From assembly GCA_013416795.1 (NCBI GenBank), contig RQSC01000033.1:399702-459080 (forward strand): DNA of 59,379 nucleotides, written 5' to 3'. The stretch's first letter is position 1. Each line of letters opens with the position of its first letter. Shown one piece after another: positions 13,220 to 24,180 of this stretch. Under the pieces are notes generated by a model. It worked only from the letters and a program-made list of their open reading frames with translations, searched no databases and was not told the DNA's origin. The stretch is from Prasinococcaceae sp. CCMP 1430 (taxonomy: Eukaryota > Plantae > Prasinodermophyta). The position numbers and the translations under genes are program-made.

Positions 13220-13829
13220 CCTTCTTCGTACCGTCTGGACCTCGGCTACCTGACCCCGATCGCCCTGGAGAAGGACACCCGCCCACAAGCGGCGACAACA
13301 AACGGGCTTATACCACCCACCCTCGGAGATTCGGGGAGCGCCGTGGACGCCGTGGGCGCGCGGCGACGCCCACTCGCCCCCACCCACGCACCGAGATCTG
13401 CCTCGCGCGCGCCCCGGCCTTTTCGCGCGCGCGCGCTGCGGCGCGCGAGAAGCGCCGCCTCGCGCGCGCGATGTGGCTGCGCCGCTGAGCGGGCGCTGGC
13501 GCGGCCCGGGCCGCACTCGGTGCGTTTTGATGGTCGCCCGCCCGGCGGCTAACACTAACACCAACACGGCCGGCCCGCGCAGCAAACGCGAGGCGGTGCT
13601 ACGTACCTTTACTCGATGTGTTTGTGGGTGAAGCGCGCAGAAACGTCGGCGAGCTCGCCACACCGGCTCGCGCTTGATCGGGAATTAGATAGGAGCTCGC
13701 GAGGCGGCACAGTGGGACACCGGATAAGCGAGTCGTCGATCGGGCGCCTGTGCGCACGCGTGCGGCTGCTAGACGCAGCCACACTGCGCGTGGGCGGTGG
13801 CGGGCGGGTGAGGGCGCGCACGCGTAGTC

Positions 13830-13860
13830 GGGTTTAGGGTTTAGGGTTTAGGGTTTAGGG
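13830..13860 (+). repeat. Interstitial plant-type telomeric repeat (TTTAGGG)x4
   Basis: gggtttagggtttagggtttagggtttaggg read directly. Confidence 0.95.
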
Positions 13861-13874
13861 TACGTCACAGGCGT

Positions 13875-15230
13875 ATGCGGCCGCCGGCAGAGCTGATGGC
13901 AGCAGCGGCGGCGGCATGGGGAAGCGGGGCGCTCCGGGGAGCGCCGATGGCGCGTAGACCGTGGGCGGCCGCGGCGCGGCGACGCGGCCTGCATGCAAGT
14001 GCAGCGACGGCTGCAAGCGGTGACGGAGGAAGTGACGCTGTGCAACAGAGCTCAGCGGACGCGGCCATCGCGGATGATTCGTTCAACGCGGCGGGCGCGA
14101 AGCGGCGGCTCGGCTCGGTCGCGCGGCGCGTGGACGCGCTCGCTGCGACGCTGCCGCTTGCCAAGCTCACGGCGCTCATCGAGGAGCTCGAGGCTGCACA
14201 GGCAACCGAGGGCTTCTGGGACGACGCCAACGCAGCGCAGCGCGTCGTCACTGAATTGGCGGCTGCCAGGGAGGAGCGAGGCCTCGCAGAGGGGCCCAGA
14301 GCGGCGCTTGCCGACGCCGAGGAGCTGCTCGAGCTGCTTGAGAGCGAGGAAACCATGGACGAGGAACTGCTGCGCGAGGTATTCGACGCGGCCGATGCGA
14401 TCGACACGCAAGTCGACGCGGCCGAGCTGCGCGCGCTCCTCAGCGGTGACTTCGACCGCGACGGCGCCACAGTCACGGTGAACGCGGGCGCGGGCGGCAC
14501 CGATGCGTGCGATTGGGCTCAGATCCTGCTGCGCATGTACACGCGCTGGGCGGAGCGCCGCGGCTGGTCTGTGCGCCTGCTTAGCGAGAGCGCGGGGGAT
14601 GAGGCGGGCATCAAGAGCGCGGAGCTCGAAGTGAAAGGCACGTACGCCTACGGCTGGCTGCGCAGCGAGAACGGCACCCACCGCCTGGTGCGCATGTCCC
14701 CCTTCGGCGCGAAACCCAAGCGCGAGACGTCCTTTGCCAGCGTGGAGGTGATGCCAATCTCTGGACTCGAGGAGGAGTTCGACAACATGTACGCCGATAT
14801 CCCTGAGAAGGACATTGTCGTCACCACCACGACGGCGCAGGGCTCGGGCGGTCAGAACGTCAACAAGGTCGAGACCGCCGTGCGAATACAGCACGTCCCG
14901 ACGGGGCTCACCGTGCGTTCGCAAGAGGAGCGCACGCAGGTGGCGAACAGGAAGATAGCCATGGCCAAGCTGAAGACCAAACTGCTGCTGGTCGCGCAGG
15001 CCGCGAAGCTCGAGGCCATCAACGAGATTCGCGGGGACACGGTCAAGGCCGAGTGGGGACAGCAGATTCGCAACTATGTGATGCACCCGTACCGCATGGT
15101 CAAGGACACGCGCACGGGAGCAGAGACGAGCGATGTGGACGGGATCCTCAACGGCGGCGACTCGCTTGACGACCTGATGGACGCCTTCCTCCGGCACGAC
15201 CGGGCGGCGCAGTCGGCCAAGCAGGCGTAG
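13875..15230 (+). CDS. prfB: Organellar peptide chain release factor 2
   Basis: GAGGTDACDWA, ENGTHRLVRMSPF (SPF motif), GSGGQNVNK (GGQ motif) and WGQQIRNYV. Ala/Arg-rich N-terminal targeting peptide. Confidence 0.93.
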   Translation: MRPPAELMAAAAAAWGSGALRGAPMARRPWAAAARRRGLHASAATAASGDGGSDAVQQSSADAAIADDSFNAAGAKRRLGSVARRVDALAATLPLAKLTALIEELEAAQATEGFWDDANAAQRVVTELAAAREERGLAEGPRAALADAEELLELLESEETMDEELLREVFDAADAIDTQVDAAELRALLSGDFDRDGATVTVNAGAGGTDACDWAQILLRMYTRWAERRGWSVRLLSESAGDEAGIKSAELEVKGTYAYGWLRSENGTHRLVRMSPFGAKPKRETSFASVEVMPISGLEEEFDNMYADIPEKDIVVTTTTAQGSGGQNVNKVETAVRIQHVPTGLTVRSQEERTQVANRKIAMAKLKTKLLLVAQAAKLEAINEIRGDTVKAEWGQQIRNYVMHPYRMVKDTRTGAETSDVDGILNGGDSLDDLMDAFLRHDRAAQSAKQA

Positions 15231-15376
15231 CCCGTAGCAAATAATGATTCGCGATGTGTTGTAACAAAATTCATATTGAGGCGCAGGCGCAGGCGCGCAC
15301 GCGCGCTCGTCACGTGTTGCACGTCGCCAGCGCGCGCCTGGCCTACCCCCCCGTCCCGTCTTCCCTTCCCCACCTT

Positions 15377-15984
15377 TCACTTCGTCGTGCCCTCGCTCGC
15401 GTCGGCCTCGTCTGCGGCGCCTCCCGCAGCTCCACCCATTCTCCGCTCAAAAAAATCCCTCATCAGCCTCTGGTTGGCCAGCTCGACCGACTCGGTCCCT
15501 TCCCTTACGAGCTGCTCCCAATCGAAGCCCTCCTTGGCGTACACTGCGCGCGTCTCGAGCACCCGGATCGCAGCGAAGCGCACCTCGGCGTCCTCGTGGA
15601 CCATCATGGCAGCCAGCCACGCGTCGCCATTGTCGACGGGGCGCTCCTCTATCGCCTTGGTCAGCGCCCGCGTCACGGGCATGGAGCGGGGATCCACGGC
15701 CTCGTTGTGGTACCTTGAGGTGAAGCGAGCTGGGGGGTCAGCACACGGCGCGTGGCGTCGGCGCTTCGGTCAAGGCAAAGTCGCTGGCTCGCATGGACGC
15801 CACGCTGGCGCGGTCGTCCGCCAGTCCAGCTCACGCGAGGCGCGCTGCGAGGCGCGCCACCCGCGTACGTTTCCTCCTGCATCATCACCACGCGAATCGC
15901 GGCCTGCGTGAAGAGCGTTGGCAGCTTTTGCGCGAGCATGCGCTCGGGCCCCATCAGGCCGAACGCGTCACTCGGGCAGCGCAT
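15377..15984 (-). CDS. rbcX: RbcX-like Rubisco assembly chaperone; exons 15984-15869, 15713-15377 (true start possibly further upstream)
   Basis: PE..LAQKLPTLFTQAAIRVVMMQ..NGDAWLAAMM..AIRVLETRAVYAKEGFDWE..NQRLMRDF resembles plant/algal RbcX. A GT-AG intron restores the frame. Confidence 0.8.
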
Positions 15985-16172
15985 GCTCTCGTCGACGCAC
16001 GTCGCCGGCGCGCGCCGCGCCGCGCGCGCGCGACCCCCGGCGCCCCCGCCGCGCGCGCTCTGGCGCGCGCGCGCGCGCCTGGCGCACCCGCAAGGCCGGA
16101 TTTTTTTGCAACGATTTTTTTGGCGGGACCCTTTCCACGCCCACCGGGGCAACCGCCCTTGACATGTTTTGG

Positions 16173-16228
16173 ACCATCAGATGGTACAGTAGTACTACTG
16201 CACTGCAGTACTAGTACCATCTGATGGT
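16173..16228. repeat. 15-bp perfect inverted repeat (ACCATCAGATGGTAC / GTACCATCTGATGGT) with palindromic spacer
   Basis: Arms at 16173-16187 and 16214-16228 are exact reverse complements. Confidence 0.85.
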
Positions 16229-16642
16229 GGTGGCACGACGGACGAGGCTCGCTTTTTTCCCGTGTGTTTGACGGGAAAGATATCGCCCGTGGGTGAATTG
16301 GTCCTACCAATCAATGCGTATTGCCGCACGCGACGTCGTTCCTCCTTTCGGTGAAGGATCGAATTCATTGAATTGCAGAATTGGGGTTTCCTGTAGTCTA
16401 CGGTACCCAAGGCAGATGCGCACTTTTCAGCCGTTGGCCGGCGGCGTGGGGTCGGGTGGGGCGCGCTGGCGCGGCGCACCACACTGCGGGCGAGGCGAGG
16501 CGAGGCGAGGCGGGGCGGGGCGGGGCGACCGCGGGCGGGAGGGGAGGTTGGGAAGAGCGGCCGCGAGGGCGGCGGCTGCGGCCAAGGCGCGGGCGGCGCG
16601 GCGGGGAGGGCCGAGGGTCCGCGGCGCGCGCGGCGCGCAGTG

Positions 16643-17656
16643 ATGGTGTTTTACTTCGTGCCGCGCGGCGGTGAGGTCAAGACCGGCGAGCGCGCCGGCG
16701 AGTCGCTCGACGGCGCCGACTTTCTCTGCTATATGGGCGCAGACAAGTTCGAGAACGAGGAGCTCATCCGCTGGGGCTGGCCGGAGGACGTGTGGTTTCA
16801 TGTGGATAAGCTCTCGTCCGCGCACGTGTACCTGCGGCTGCCGAAGGGCGTGGGGATTGCCGACATCCCGGTTGAGACGCTCGAGGATTGCGCGCAGCTC
16901 GTCAAATACAACTCCATCCAAGGGAATAAGGACAACAACGTCGACGTTGTCTACACGCCGTGGGAGAATCTCAAGAAAACGCAGTCCATGGAGGTCGGCC
17001 AGATTGGCTTTCACACGGGCAAAGCTGTGCTCAAGACCAGCGTACAGAAGCGCGACAACGCAATCGTCAACCGATTGAACAAGACCAAGCAGGAGAGCAA
17101 GCCGGACCTCGAGGCGGAACGCATGCGCCGTGACAAGCGGGAAAAGGATGCGAGGCGCGCCGCAGACAAGCTCCGCCGCAAGGAGGAGGATGCTGAGAGG
17201 GTGGAGAGGCGAAAGCAGAAGGACTTGCGCGAGTACAAGGGGGCGTTCGACTTTGAGGTCCGTAGTCTGATCATCGCGGCGCGACGCTCGCCCATGCGTG
17301 CGCCATGCAGCGCATAGGGCTTTGGATGCTGCTGCACCACAAGCACCCACACGTGCGCTTCGTCGCGACGCATCGGCTGACATTTGTGCCGGACCCGCGG
17401 CATGTGACTGCGTGCGCCCAGGAGATGAAGTCCAACGCGGACATCATGGCCGAGGCCAAGGCTTCGGGGAAGACATACCAGGTGAGCCAGCGCGCCTCTG
17501 CACCACCCAAAGCGCGCAACAGCGCGCGCGTGTGCGCCCGCGAGTGTTGCCGCGCTCCCGGCCGCTGCCGACGACGCTGGTGCGCCTGTCAAGGACGCTC
17601 ACCCTTCGTCGACCACTTATCCCCGCGCACAGGACCTGGAGGATGACTTCATGTAG
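16643..17656 (+). CDS. CCDC25: CCDC25/Jlp2-like protein (NFACT-R/DUF814); exons 16643-17257, 17422-17481, 17633-17656
   Basis: MVFYF start, [37 protein letters not shown], and the conserved C-terminus LEDDFM* after two phase-0 introns. Confidence 0.92.
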
Positions 17657-17705
17657 AGGCGCGCTCCGCTTATGAGCTCACATCCCACGTTGCTCAGTAA
17701 TAAGG

Positions 17706-19559
17706 TTACAAACGAGGCAGCTTTGCGGACGGCTGGTAGACGATGTCGTCGCTGGCGTTGCCATCATCGTCGTCGAACGATGGCAGTAGCGTCGAAGGGG
17801 CGACTGCCGGGGCAGCAGCAGGTCCTGTCGCCTCAGCCGCGGCGCGCAGCGCAAGCAGCCGCTCGCGCCTACTGCTCGTTGTTTCCGTCCCCACAGCCGC
17901 ATGCCCCCCCCCCGGCGCGCCCGCACCAACGCCGTCGTCGCCGACGCCGTTGACAGCACCACAGCAGTCCTCAGGGTCCCGCGAGTCGATCTCGCCGTCC
18001 GGGTCGTCGCCTACCAGCTCGATTTCTTCGGGATTGTCCGCCGCCAACTCCGCGTCGAGGTCGATCTCCTCGGGGTTTTCGTCCGCGAGCTCGGCGTCGA
18101 GGTCAATCTCCTCGGGATTGGCCGGGGCGGCGGGTGCCGGGAGCACCATGCGTGGCCGCAGGGGCGGGCCGCGCGGCGCGTCGATCACCCAGGGCGCGGC
18201 CGCCGTCGCACCCACGCCCATGCCCACTCCAGCTGCAGTCGCCGCTCCCGCGCCTCCGTGCAGGATCGCGCCTTCAAATGCCTGTATGTGCCCTGGCAGA
18301 GCATTCGAGTGCCCCACGTGCCCCCCGCCGCCTTGCGAAGTCTCATCCAGGCGGTAGCTCAGGCCCAGCATTTGCAGCAGCGCGAGCGTCTGCGGGTTTC
18401 GATACGCAGGCTGCGGCCTGCGCCCACGCGCCGCAGCGGCTGCAGCAGCTGCGGGCCCATGCGGCGGGGCCGTCTGACAAAACGATTCCGGCGCGATACG
18501 GGCGCTGCCTCGCGACGCGAGGGCCTGCCGGGCCAGCTGACGCGACGTCTCGGACACCGTGTACCTTTGCGGCACGCCGTGCGAGCGGCCTCGATTCAGC
18601 GGCATCGAGTCGTGCGCCTCGATCGTGATGGCCAGCCACTCCTCGTCGTACTCGAACGTCTTCGGCCCATTGGCTTCTGGGAACTCCAGGATGTGCAGAA
18701 ATTGCCTGTTGCTGTTTGGGACGCACTTGTCGAGCGCTACGAAGTGCGTGGTCTCACCGGTAGGATGCGGCACGTTCGCCTGGAACTTGACATGCAGGTG
18801 CGCCGCGCACCAGTGTCGCGGGCGCAGCTCGGCCAGCAGGGCCGTCGATGGCGCCGAGCCGAGCGCGTTTCGCCGCACCTCGTCCCTGAAGTAGGGCTTT
18901 TTTTTCAGCAGCTGCGCCTCGTTGCCGTGGCGAGTCACGCCGCGCGGCCAGTCGTGCGACACGAATATGTCGATTGGCGCAGAAACGGAGCGCTGCTGCG
19001 GTCGCTGCTGCTGCCCGATGGGCGGCGGCATGCCGGCAATGCAAGCGGGGGGCGCCCCTTGCGGCACTGCCGGGGCGAGCGCCATGAGCTTTGCCACCTC
19101 GTACTTGCGCACGTGGTACGCGCTGCGAACCTCACTCCTGTCGTACGGTGGTCTCTCTCCATGCCCCTTCTCGTAGTCGCCCTCCTTCCAGATGCCGCTC
19201 AGCCCGGCGATGCGCAGTCCTCCGAAGCGCACGACGCCGGCCGCACCCATGTACAACACGTTGGGCGCCGCGTAACCACCGTAGAAGAGCTCCCACAAGT
19301 ACGCGCTGCCCTCGTGGTTGCCGCCGACGAAGAGCGTGGGCACAGGCGCGCGCGCTTCGCCCGAGTAGTACTTGTAGAACGAGTTCATGCGCTTGAATTT
19401 GTCGGGCACTGCCATGGAGGGCAGGTCGTCGGCGTTGCGGATCGCCTGGAAGTCGCCGCAGCATATGAGGAGGTCCACGGGCGGCCCGCGCATGAGCGCC
19501 GCATAGATCGCGTCGAGCTCGCCGTGCGCGCATCCCTCGACCGCCACGCGCAGCGGCAT
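17706..19559 (-). CDS. DBR1: RNA lariat debranching enzyme
   Basis: VAVEGCAHGELD, CCGDFQAIRN, GGNHE, SHDWP, AHLHVKF and ALDKC motifs; acidic NPEEID tail. Confidence 0.93.
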   Translation of the reverse strand: MPLRVAVEGCAHGELDAIYAALMRGPPVDLLICCGDFQAIRNADDLPSMAVPDKFKRMNSFYKYYSGEARAPVPTLFVGGNHEGSAYLWELFYGGYAAPNVLYMGAAGVVRFGGLRIAGLSGIWKEGDYEKGHGERPPYDRSEVRSAYHVRKYEVAKLMALAPAVPQGAPPACIAGMPPPIGQQQRPQQRSVSAPIDIFVSHDWPRGVTRHGNEAQLLKKKPYFRDEVRRNALGSAPSTALLAELRPRHWCAAHLHVKFQANVPHPTGETTHFVALDKCVPNSNRQFLHILEFPEANGPKTFEYDEEWLAITIEAHDSMPLNRGRSHGVPQRYTVSETSRQLARQALASRGSARIAPESFCQTAPPHGPAAAAAAAARGRRPQPAYRNPQTLALLQMLGLSYRLDETSQGGGGHVGHSNALPGHIQAFEGAILHGGAGAATAAGVGMGVGATAAAPWVIDAPRGPPLRPRMVLPAPAAPANPEEIDLDAELADENPEEIDLDAELAADNPEEIELVGDDPDGEIDSRDPEDCCGAVNGVGDDGVGAGAPGGGHAAVGTETTSSRRERLLALRAAAEATGPAAAPAVAPSTLLPSFDDDDGNASDDIVYQPSAKLPRL

Positions 19560-20238
19560 GGCCGCGGCCGCCTCGCCGGCGGCGGCCGCGGCGCTTCCCC
19601 CAAGCCCCCCCCTCGAGCCAGTGGCCTGTGGGCTCGGGGGGCACCGCACTTGAGCGGCGACGACAGGTGCACAACGCGTGGCCGTGTGGCACTCCTTGCC
19701 GCTGCGCGTGCATGACTGCGCCTCCGCGGTCCGCGCGCAGCGCACGCCGCCCCAGCGCTGCGGGGCGGGGGCAGGGCGCGGGGCCGCCCTTGCCGCTGCC
19801 GGCTGCAGGGGCGGCGGCGACGACGAGAGCACGTATAGACCCTATCAGTACGACCCTAACCCAAAAGTCACATTTGGGGGCAGCTTGCAGCGCGCCGGGG
19901 CGCTGCAAGGCGGCGGCCGAACCTCCGCTCGAGCACTCGCGCTCGAGCGCTCAGGGCGAGGGCGGCCGTCCCGCACGGCGGGGCGACCGACGACTCGCCA
20001 CGCGCGCGCGCGCGCGGTACGTATTTGCGCCGTGAGAGCTTTACAGGGAGGGCGCCTCGCTCAGCCGCGGCAGCGGTCGCGGCGACGGCGGCAACCACAG
20101 CCTGCCGAAGGGGCTGGGGGCACGGACAACGCCCGAGCCCTGTAGCGTGCGTGGCACGGCGCGGCGATCAGCAACGCAGCCGTCCAGGAATACCGTGCAT
20201 CGAGCGCCACGGCGCCCGAGAGACATCCAACGCCAATC

Positions 20239-20301
20239 TGTGTGTGTTCGCACGCACGCACGCACACGTGCGTGCGTGCGTGCGTGCGTGCGTGTGTGTG
20301 C

Positions 20302-20340
<39 letters not shown>

Positions 20341-20372
20341 TGTGTGTGCGCGTGTGTGCATGCGTGCGTGCG
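20239..20372. repeat. (TGCG)n/(TG)n compound microsatellite in the 3' flank of the bZIP-like gene
   Basis: Runs of cgtgcgtgcgtg and tgtgtg read directly. Confidence 0.9.
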
Positions 20373-20374
20373 AT

Positions 20375-22105
20375 TTATGGCTTGGTAGGCTCAGCGACTG
20401 GCGTGGTCTTTTCGGCACCGTTGAGCTTGAAGACCTTCTCGTCCATAAGCTTCTGCAGGTTGAGTCGGCCCGCAGACACATTGACCGCCTCGTTTAGCAG
20501 CGTGATAGTCGACGAGTGCAGCGACGCGCGGAGCGTCGCCACGTCGGCCGTCGCTTCAGGCGCCATATTGGCCTTGTACACGCTCATCCTGGTGATGAGC
20601 GGCAGGTGTACGGCGAAGAGTGTGACGATCGCCGTCAACGCGCCCGGGCGGTGTGTCATCAGCCACCAGGCCAGGTTTTGGTGCGCACGGGAGTGCATCA
20701 GGTAGATAATCTGCATGCGCGGGTGAAGCGAGCCGCCGAGGTTGTTGCTGGCCCCGCCACCCAACGAGGGGGGCGCCGCACCCGTCAGAATCTCGAACGC
20801 GGCCATCACATTGTTGTCCCACGCCTGAAGCTCTTCGAACTTGGAGAAAAACTCGGTGTCTTCGGACGTCACGTAGCCGGCGGCGTGCATGCCGGCGGCG
20901 AAGAAGACGAACATGTGCGAAAACGTGCCGAGCAACTGCGTGAGCGCGTGGCAGTCTGAAGTAGACACCAGTAGCTCCTTGCCGTTGGACGGCGCTGTCC
21001 TCTCGGCGAGATCGATGCGGGCGCGGATGAAACTGAGCGCGCGGTGACACACGCTGAGGTCGTCCACCATCTGCCCGCGGAGTGCAGCTGCCACAGTCTC
21101 CGTGACTTTGCCGCCGCGTATCGCGAGCCGTGTGCACTCATACATTGCGCTCTGCCATCCGGCAGCGGCCACGAAGGGCGGCAGCCTCGACGAATCCAAG
21201 GAAGAAGTGCCTGCCCCATTGCTCTCCTTTGCCTGCTCTGAGGGCGCGCTGGCGATGCCTGCGGCCACGCGGTCCTCCTCCAGCTTCGGCACGCCGCCGG
21301 ACGGCGCGTCGCAGGCGTGCCTGAGCAGCTTGTTGGCCATCTCCAGCAGCGGGTAGCTATCGACGCGTATTCTGTACCAGCCCGACGCGAGCGCACTGTC
21401 GCTGCTCACTATCGGCGTCACGCCTGCCACAGGAGCCATGCCCGCGAGGAGATGGGGCGTAATGATACTGTGGTGCGGCATCATGAGCGCTGGGTGCATG
21501 TGCATGCCGGTCTGGCCGGCCATTCCAACCAGCGACATGCCGGCCATCGGCGGGAATACCGACCCGACCATGCCGCCAGCGCCAGCACCGAGGGCGCCGA
21601 TGGCGGCAGGCGTGAGCGGCTGGCCCTGGCCGGGAGTGAGGCTGCCGTTGGCGCCTGCGACGGCCTGCACCGCAGCTGCTGCCCCGTTGGTCGCTCCGGC
21701 GGAGGTTGCAGCCGGCGAGCCAGCGGGCTGCGCCGACCCATCCGCGGCCTTTGCCGGGAGCGCGGCGGGCTCTATGACGGTGTGCAGTGCCCCCGCCGCG
21801 CTCAGCGCGGATGTGAGCGCCTGGATGCGCGCCTCCATGCTTTTGATCTTCTCTGCGTCGCTGGCCTCGCGCACTTTGCGTCGCTCACGGTAGCGCGCCT
21901 GGCGGAGGCGCCTCTTGAGCACCTTGCTGGCGTTGATGTCCTCCACGGTCGTCGGCTTCCCGTCATTCCCCTCCATCACCTTGCCCTTGCCAAGCGGCTC
22001 CGTCCCCTCGCTATCAGATCCGCCGCTGAGCTCTTGGTGTTTGTCCGCCGCCTCGAGAAGAGCCTCATCAAGCCCAGCCTCCTTAACCTTGCGCTTCGGA
22101 GGCAT
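20375..22105 (-). CDS. Hypothetical nuclear protein with bZIP-like basic region
   Basis: NLS-like MPPKRKVK start; KRRLRQARYRERRK followed by a heptad-like IKSMEARIQALTSAL; unassigned globular C-terminal half. Confidence 0.6.
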   Translation of the reverse strand: MPPKRKVKEAGLDEALLEAADKHQELSGGSDSEGTEPLGKGKVMEGNDGKPTTVEDINASKVLKRRLRQARYRERRKVREASDAEKIKSMEARIQALTSALSAAGALHTVIEPAALPAKAADGSAQPAGSPAATSAGATNGAAAAVQAVAGANGSLTPGQGQPLTPAAIGALGAGAGGMVGSVFPPMAGMSLVGMAGQTGMHMHPALMMPHHSIITPHLLAGMAPVAGVTPIVSSDSALASGWYRIRVDSYPLLEMANKLLRHACDAPSGGVPKLEEDRVAAGIASAPSEQAKESNGAGTSSLDSSRLPPFVAAAGWQSAMYECTRLAIRGGKVTETVAAALRGQMVDDLSVCHRALSFIRARIDLAERTAPSNGKELLVSTSDCHALTQLLGTFSHMFVFFAAGMHAAGYVTSEDTEFFSKFEELQAWDNNVMAAFEILTGAAPPSLGGGASNNLGGSLHPRMQIIYLMHSRAHQNLAWWLMTHRPGALTAIVTLFAVHLPLITRMSVYKANMAPEATADVATLRASLHSSTITLLNEAVNVSAGRLNLQKLMDEKVFKLNGAEKTTPVAEPTKP

Positions 22106-23413
22106 GGCACCCCCCTCGCCCTCGCGCGCACGCGCGTCCTCCAGCGCAGCGGTTGCCGGTTCCGACCTCTCTCCCCTTTCCCCCACACCTCTCAACCCCC
22201 ACCCACCCACTCACCCACCCAGGCGCGCGCGCACAAACGCCGTCCCGCGTCCGCGCACGGGCAGAGGGCGAGCGCGCTCGAGGCCGCCCCCGCGCCCGCC
22301 AGGGGCTTGGCCGAGTTTTACCACCCGGGCAAGGTGCCCGCACGCGTGTGCCCGCACGCGCGCGCGCTGTGGCCGCCACCGCAATCTCCTCTCGTGAGTG
22401 GGCGGATAAAATGCTCTCCACAACAACGCTTTGCCCCCTTTTCCGCCGCCCCGGCGACAAAATTACCATCAAATTCTCAGTTTCATGCCGCACGTCCGAG
22501 ATCCGTCTTCGATGGGAAATGGCGCCGATCGAATCAATCCTCGGGCTCCGGGGCACTCGCCGTCATGCAAGGGATCGATCGAGATCGCGACCCGCCGCGC
22601 AACGCGCGCGGGTCAAAATATGGATCACTCGCCGCGGATCCGACGAGGGTTGGTCGCAGGTTTGGTGGGGAGAGATACCGACAGAATGATCTGGCGTCCT
22701 GATTCTGCCCGGCGCGTCGATCGAGAATGACTGGCAGGCAGGCAGGGCCCAAAAAATGAGTGTCACAGTGTGGCCGCCGCCGAAACCCAAACCATTCCCC
22801 CCCCCCCTGAAAGAAACGCCAGCGTGAACTTCGTCTGCGTACGCGAGCCAAATCGCATTCTCCAGATGAAAGCCTGCATAAGATGACCCTAATGTCGGGC
22901 GGGCGCGCGAACGCGCGCCGCGCGGGAGCAAGCGTTCAACGGCGGAATAGAGGTTTTGGTAAAATAGGGTTTGTGAATGTGCGTAGAGTGATGTGCGTGG
23001 CGTCTGTTGATGGGGGCTGGTTCACGCGCGGCCGCCGCCAGAGTGTTTTCGGTTGGTTCCCCGAGCGCAACGCGCGGGTGGGCCGCCCCGACACCGCCTT
23101 GGCTGCCACGCGCAATACACCACTGATGCCAGGACCGCCACTCGCGACGCGCGCGCGCGGGCGGCGCCCGGCCGGATGCGCGACGCCTGGCGGGCATGGG
23201 TGGGTGTGGCTCCGTCCCGTCCGGAGGGGGGCGAGGGGTGGAGTGAAGGGGTGGGTGGGGGGGACGCGGGCGGCACTAGGACGCTGCACGACGATGTCGT
23301 ACGTGGGCTTCGGAGCGATCGCGCGCGTCGCTGCGTCGCGGAGGCTCGCGCCTGGGGGAGAGGGGGAGGGGAGAGGGGAAGAAACAGGAGCGTCGCGCTC
23401 CGTGCCAGGCAAG

Positions 23414-23809
23414 ATGGGCAGGGGAGAGGGAGGGGACAGGAAGAGGACGGGTCGCAAAGACACATGGCGGCGACTTGTCGGCCCCGTAGCAGCAGTGGGT
23501 GGTGCCGCACTCGCTGTGCTCGACCTATCAACGTGCGGAGAGAAGGGCTCGACGTGCACGGCCGTGCTAGATGTGCTCAAGTCTGACATGGTGATGGCGC
23601 TGGTGGTGGGCAGCGTAGCTGCCGTTATGCTCATGCGCTTCCGCCGCGTGCTGATCGAGCTCGCGCAGTACGCGATGGAGCTGCACTCAGACAGTTATCA
23701 TTGCGCCGCCGAGCTCTCTATGCTGAAGGAGGAGCTCGAAGGGGTCAGGGACAGAGTGCACGAGGTGCAGGCCGTGACTCCGTCGGGGAAGGGTGCCACC
23801 CTTGCCTGA
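23414..23809 (+). CDS. Small hypothetical membrane protein
   Basis: 131-aa ORF with two hydrophobic segments, a coiled-coil-like tail and coding-like codon use. Confidence 0.45.
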   Translation: MGRGEGGDRKRTGRKDTWRRLVGPVAAVGGAALAVLDLSTCGEKGSTCTAVLDVLKSDMVMALVVGSVAAVMLMRFRRVLIELAQYAMELHSDSYHCAAELSMLKEELEGVRDRVHEVQAVTPSGKGATLA

Positions 23810-24180
23810 CCAAGGACGCCTAGATGAAGCGGCTACAGACGGCGCCCGGAAAGCTGCTGCGCTTCCTGTATATAGCGCAGAGGCGAGGGCACAGTAGAGT
23901 GCAGCAGCTCCACTCGTGTGTGGGCGTTGCCGCGAGTGCAGCCCCCCCGTAATTCACAACGACAACCAAATGCATCCGCATCCACACGAACGACCCGCGC
24001 GGCGCTTGAGGGCCCCAGCCCGGCATTGTGGCGAGTACTTCGAGCGCGTCACGTGCGTGCCGCGCGTCCAGTCAGAAAATGCGAGCGCTGCGCCGTGTGC
24101 TGAGGCTGCCTTGCTTCTGCACCTCTTTACTTGTTTTCGAGTGAGCGCGCATGCGTGCGCGCCTACGTGCGCGCGTGCAC

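Noticed and set aside
13875-15230. Programmed +1 frameshift as in bacterial prfB
   Set aside because: The ORF is continuous, and no CTTTGA slippery site is needed.
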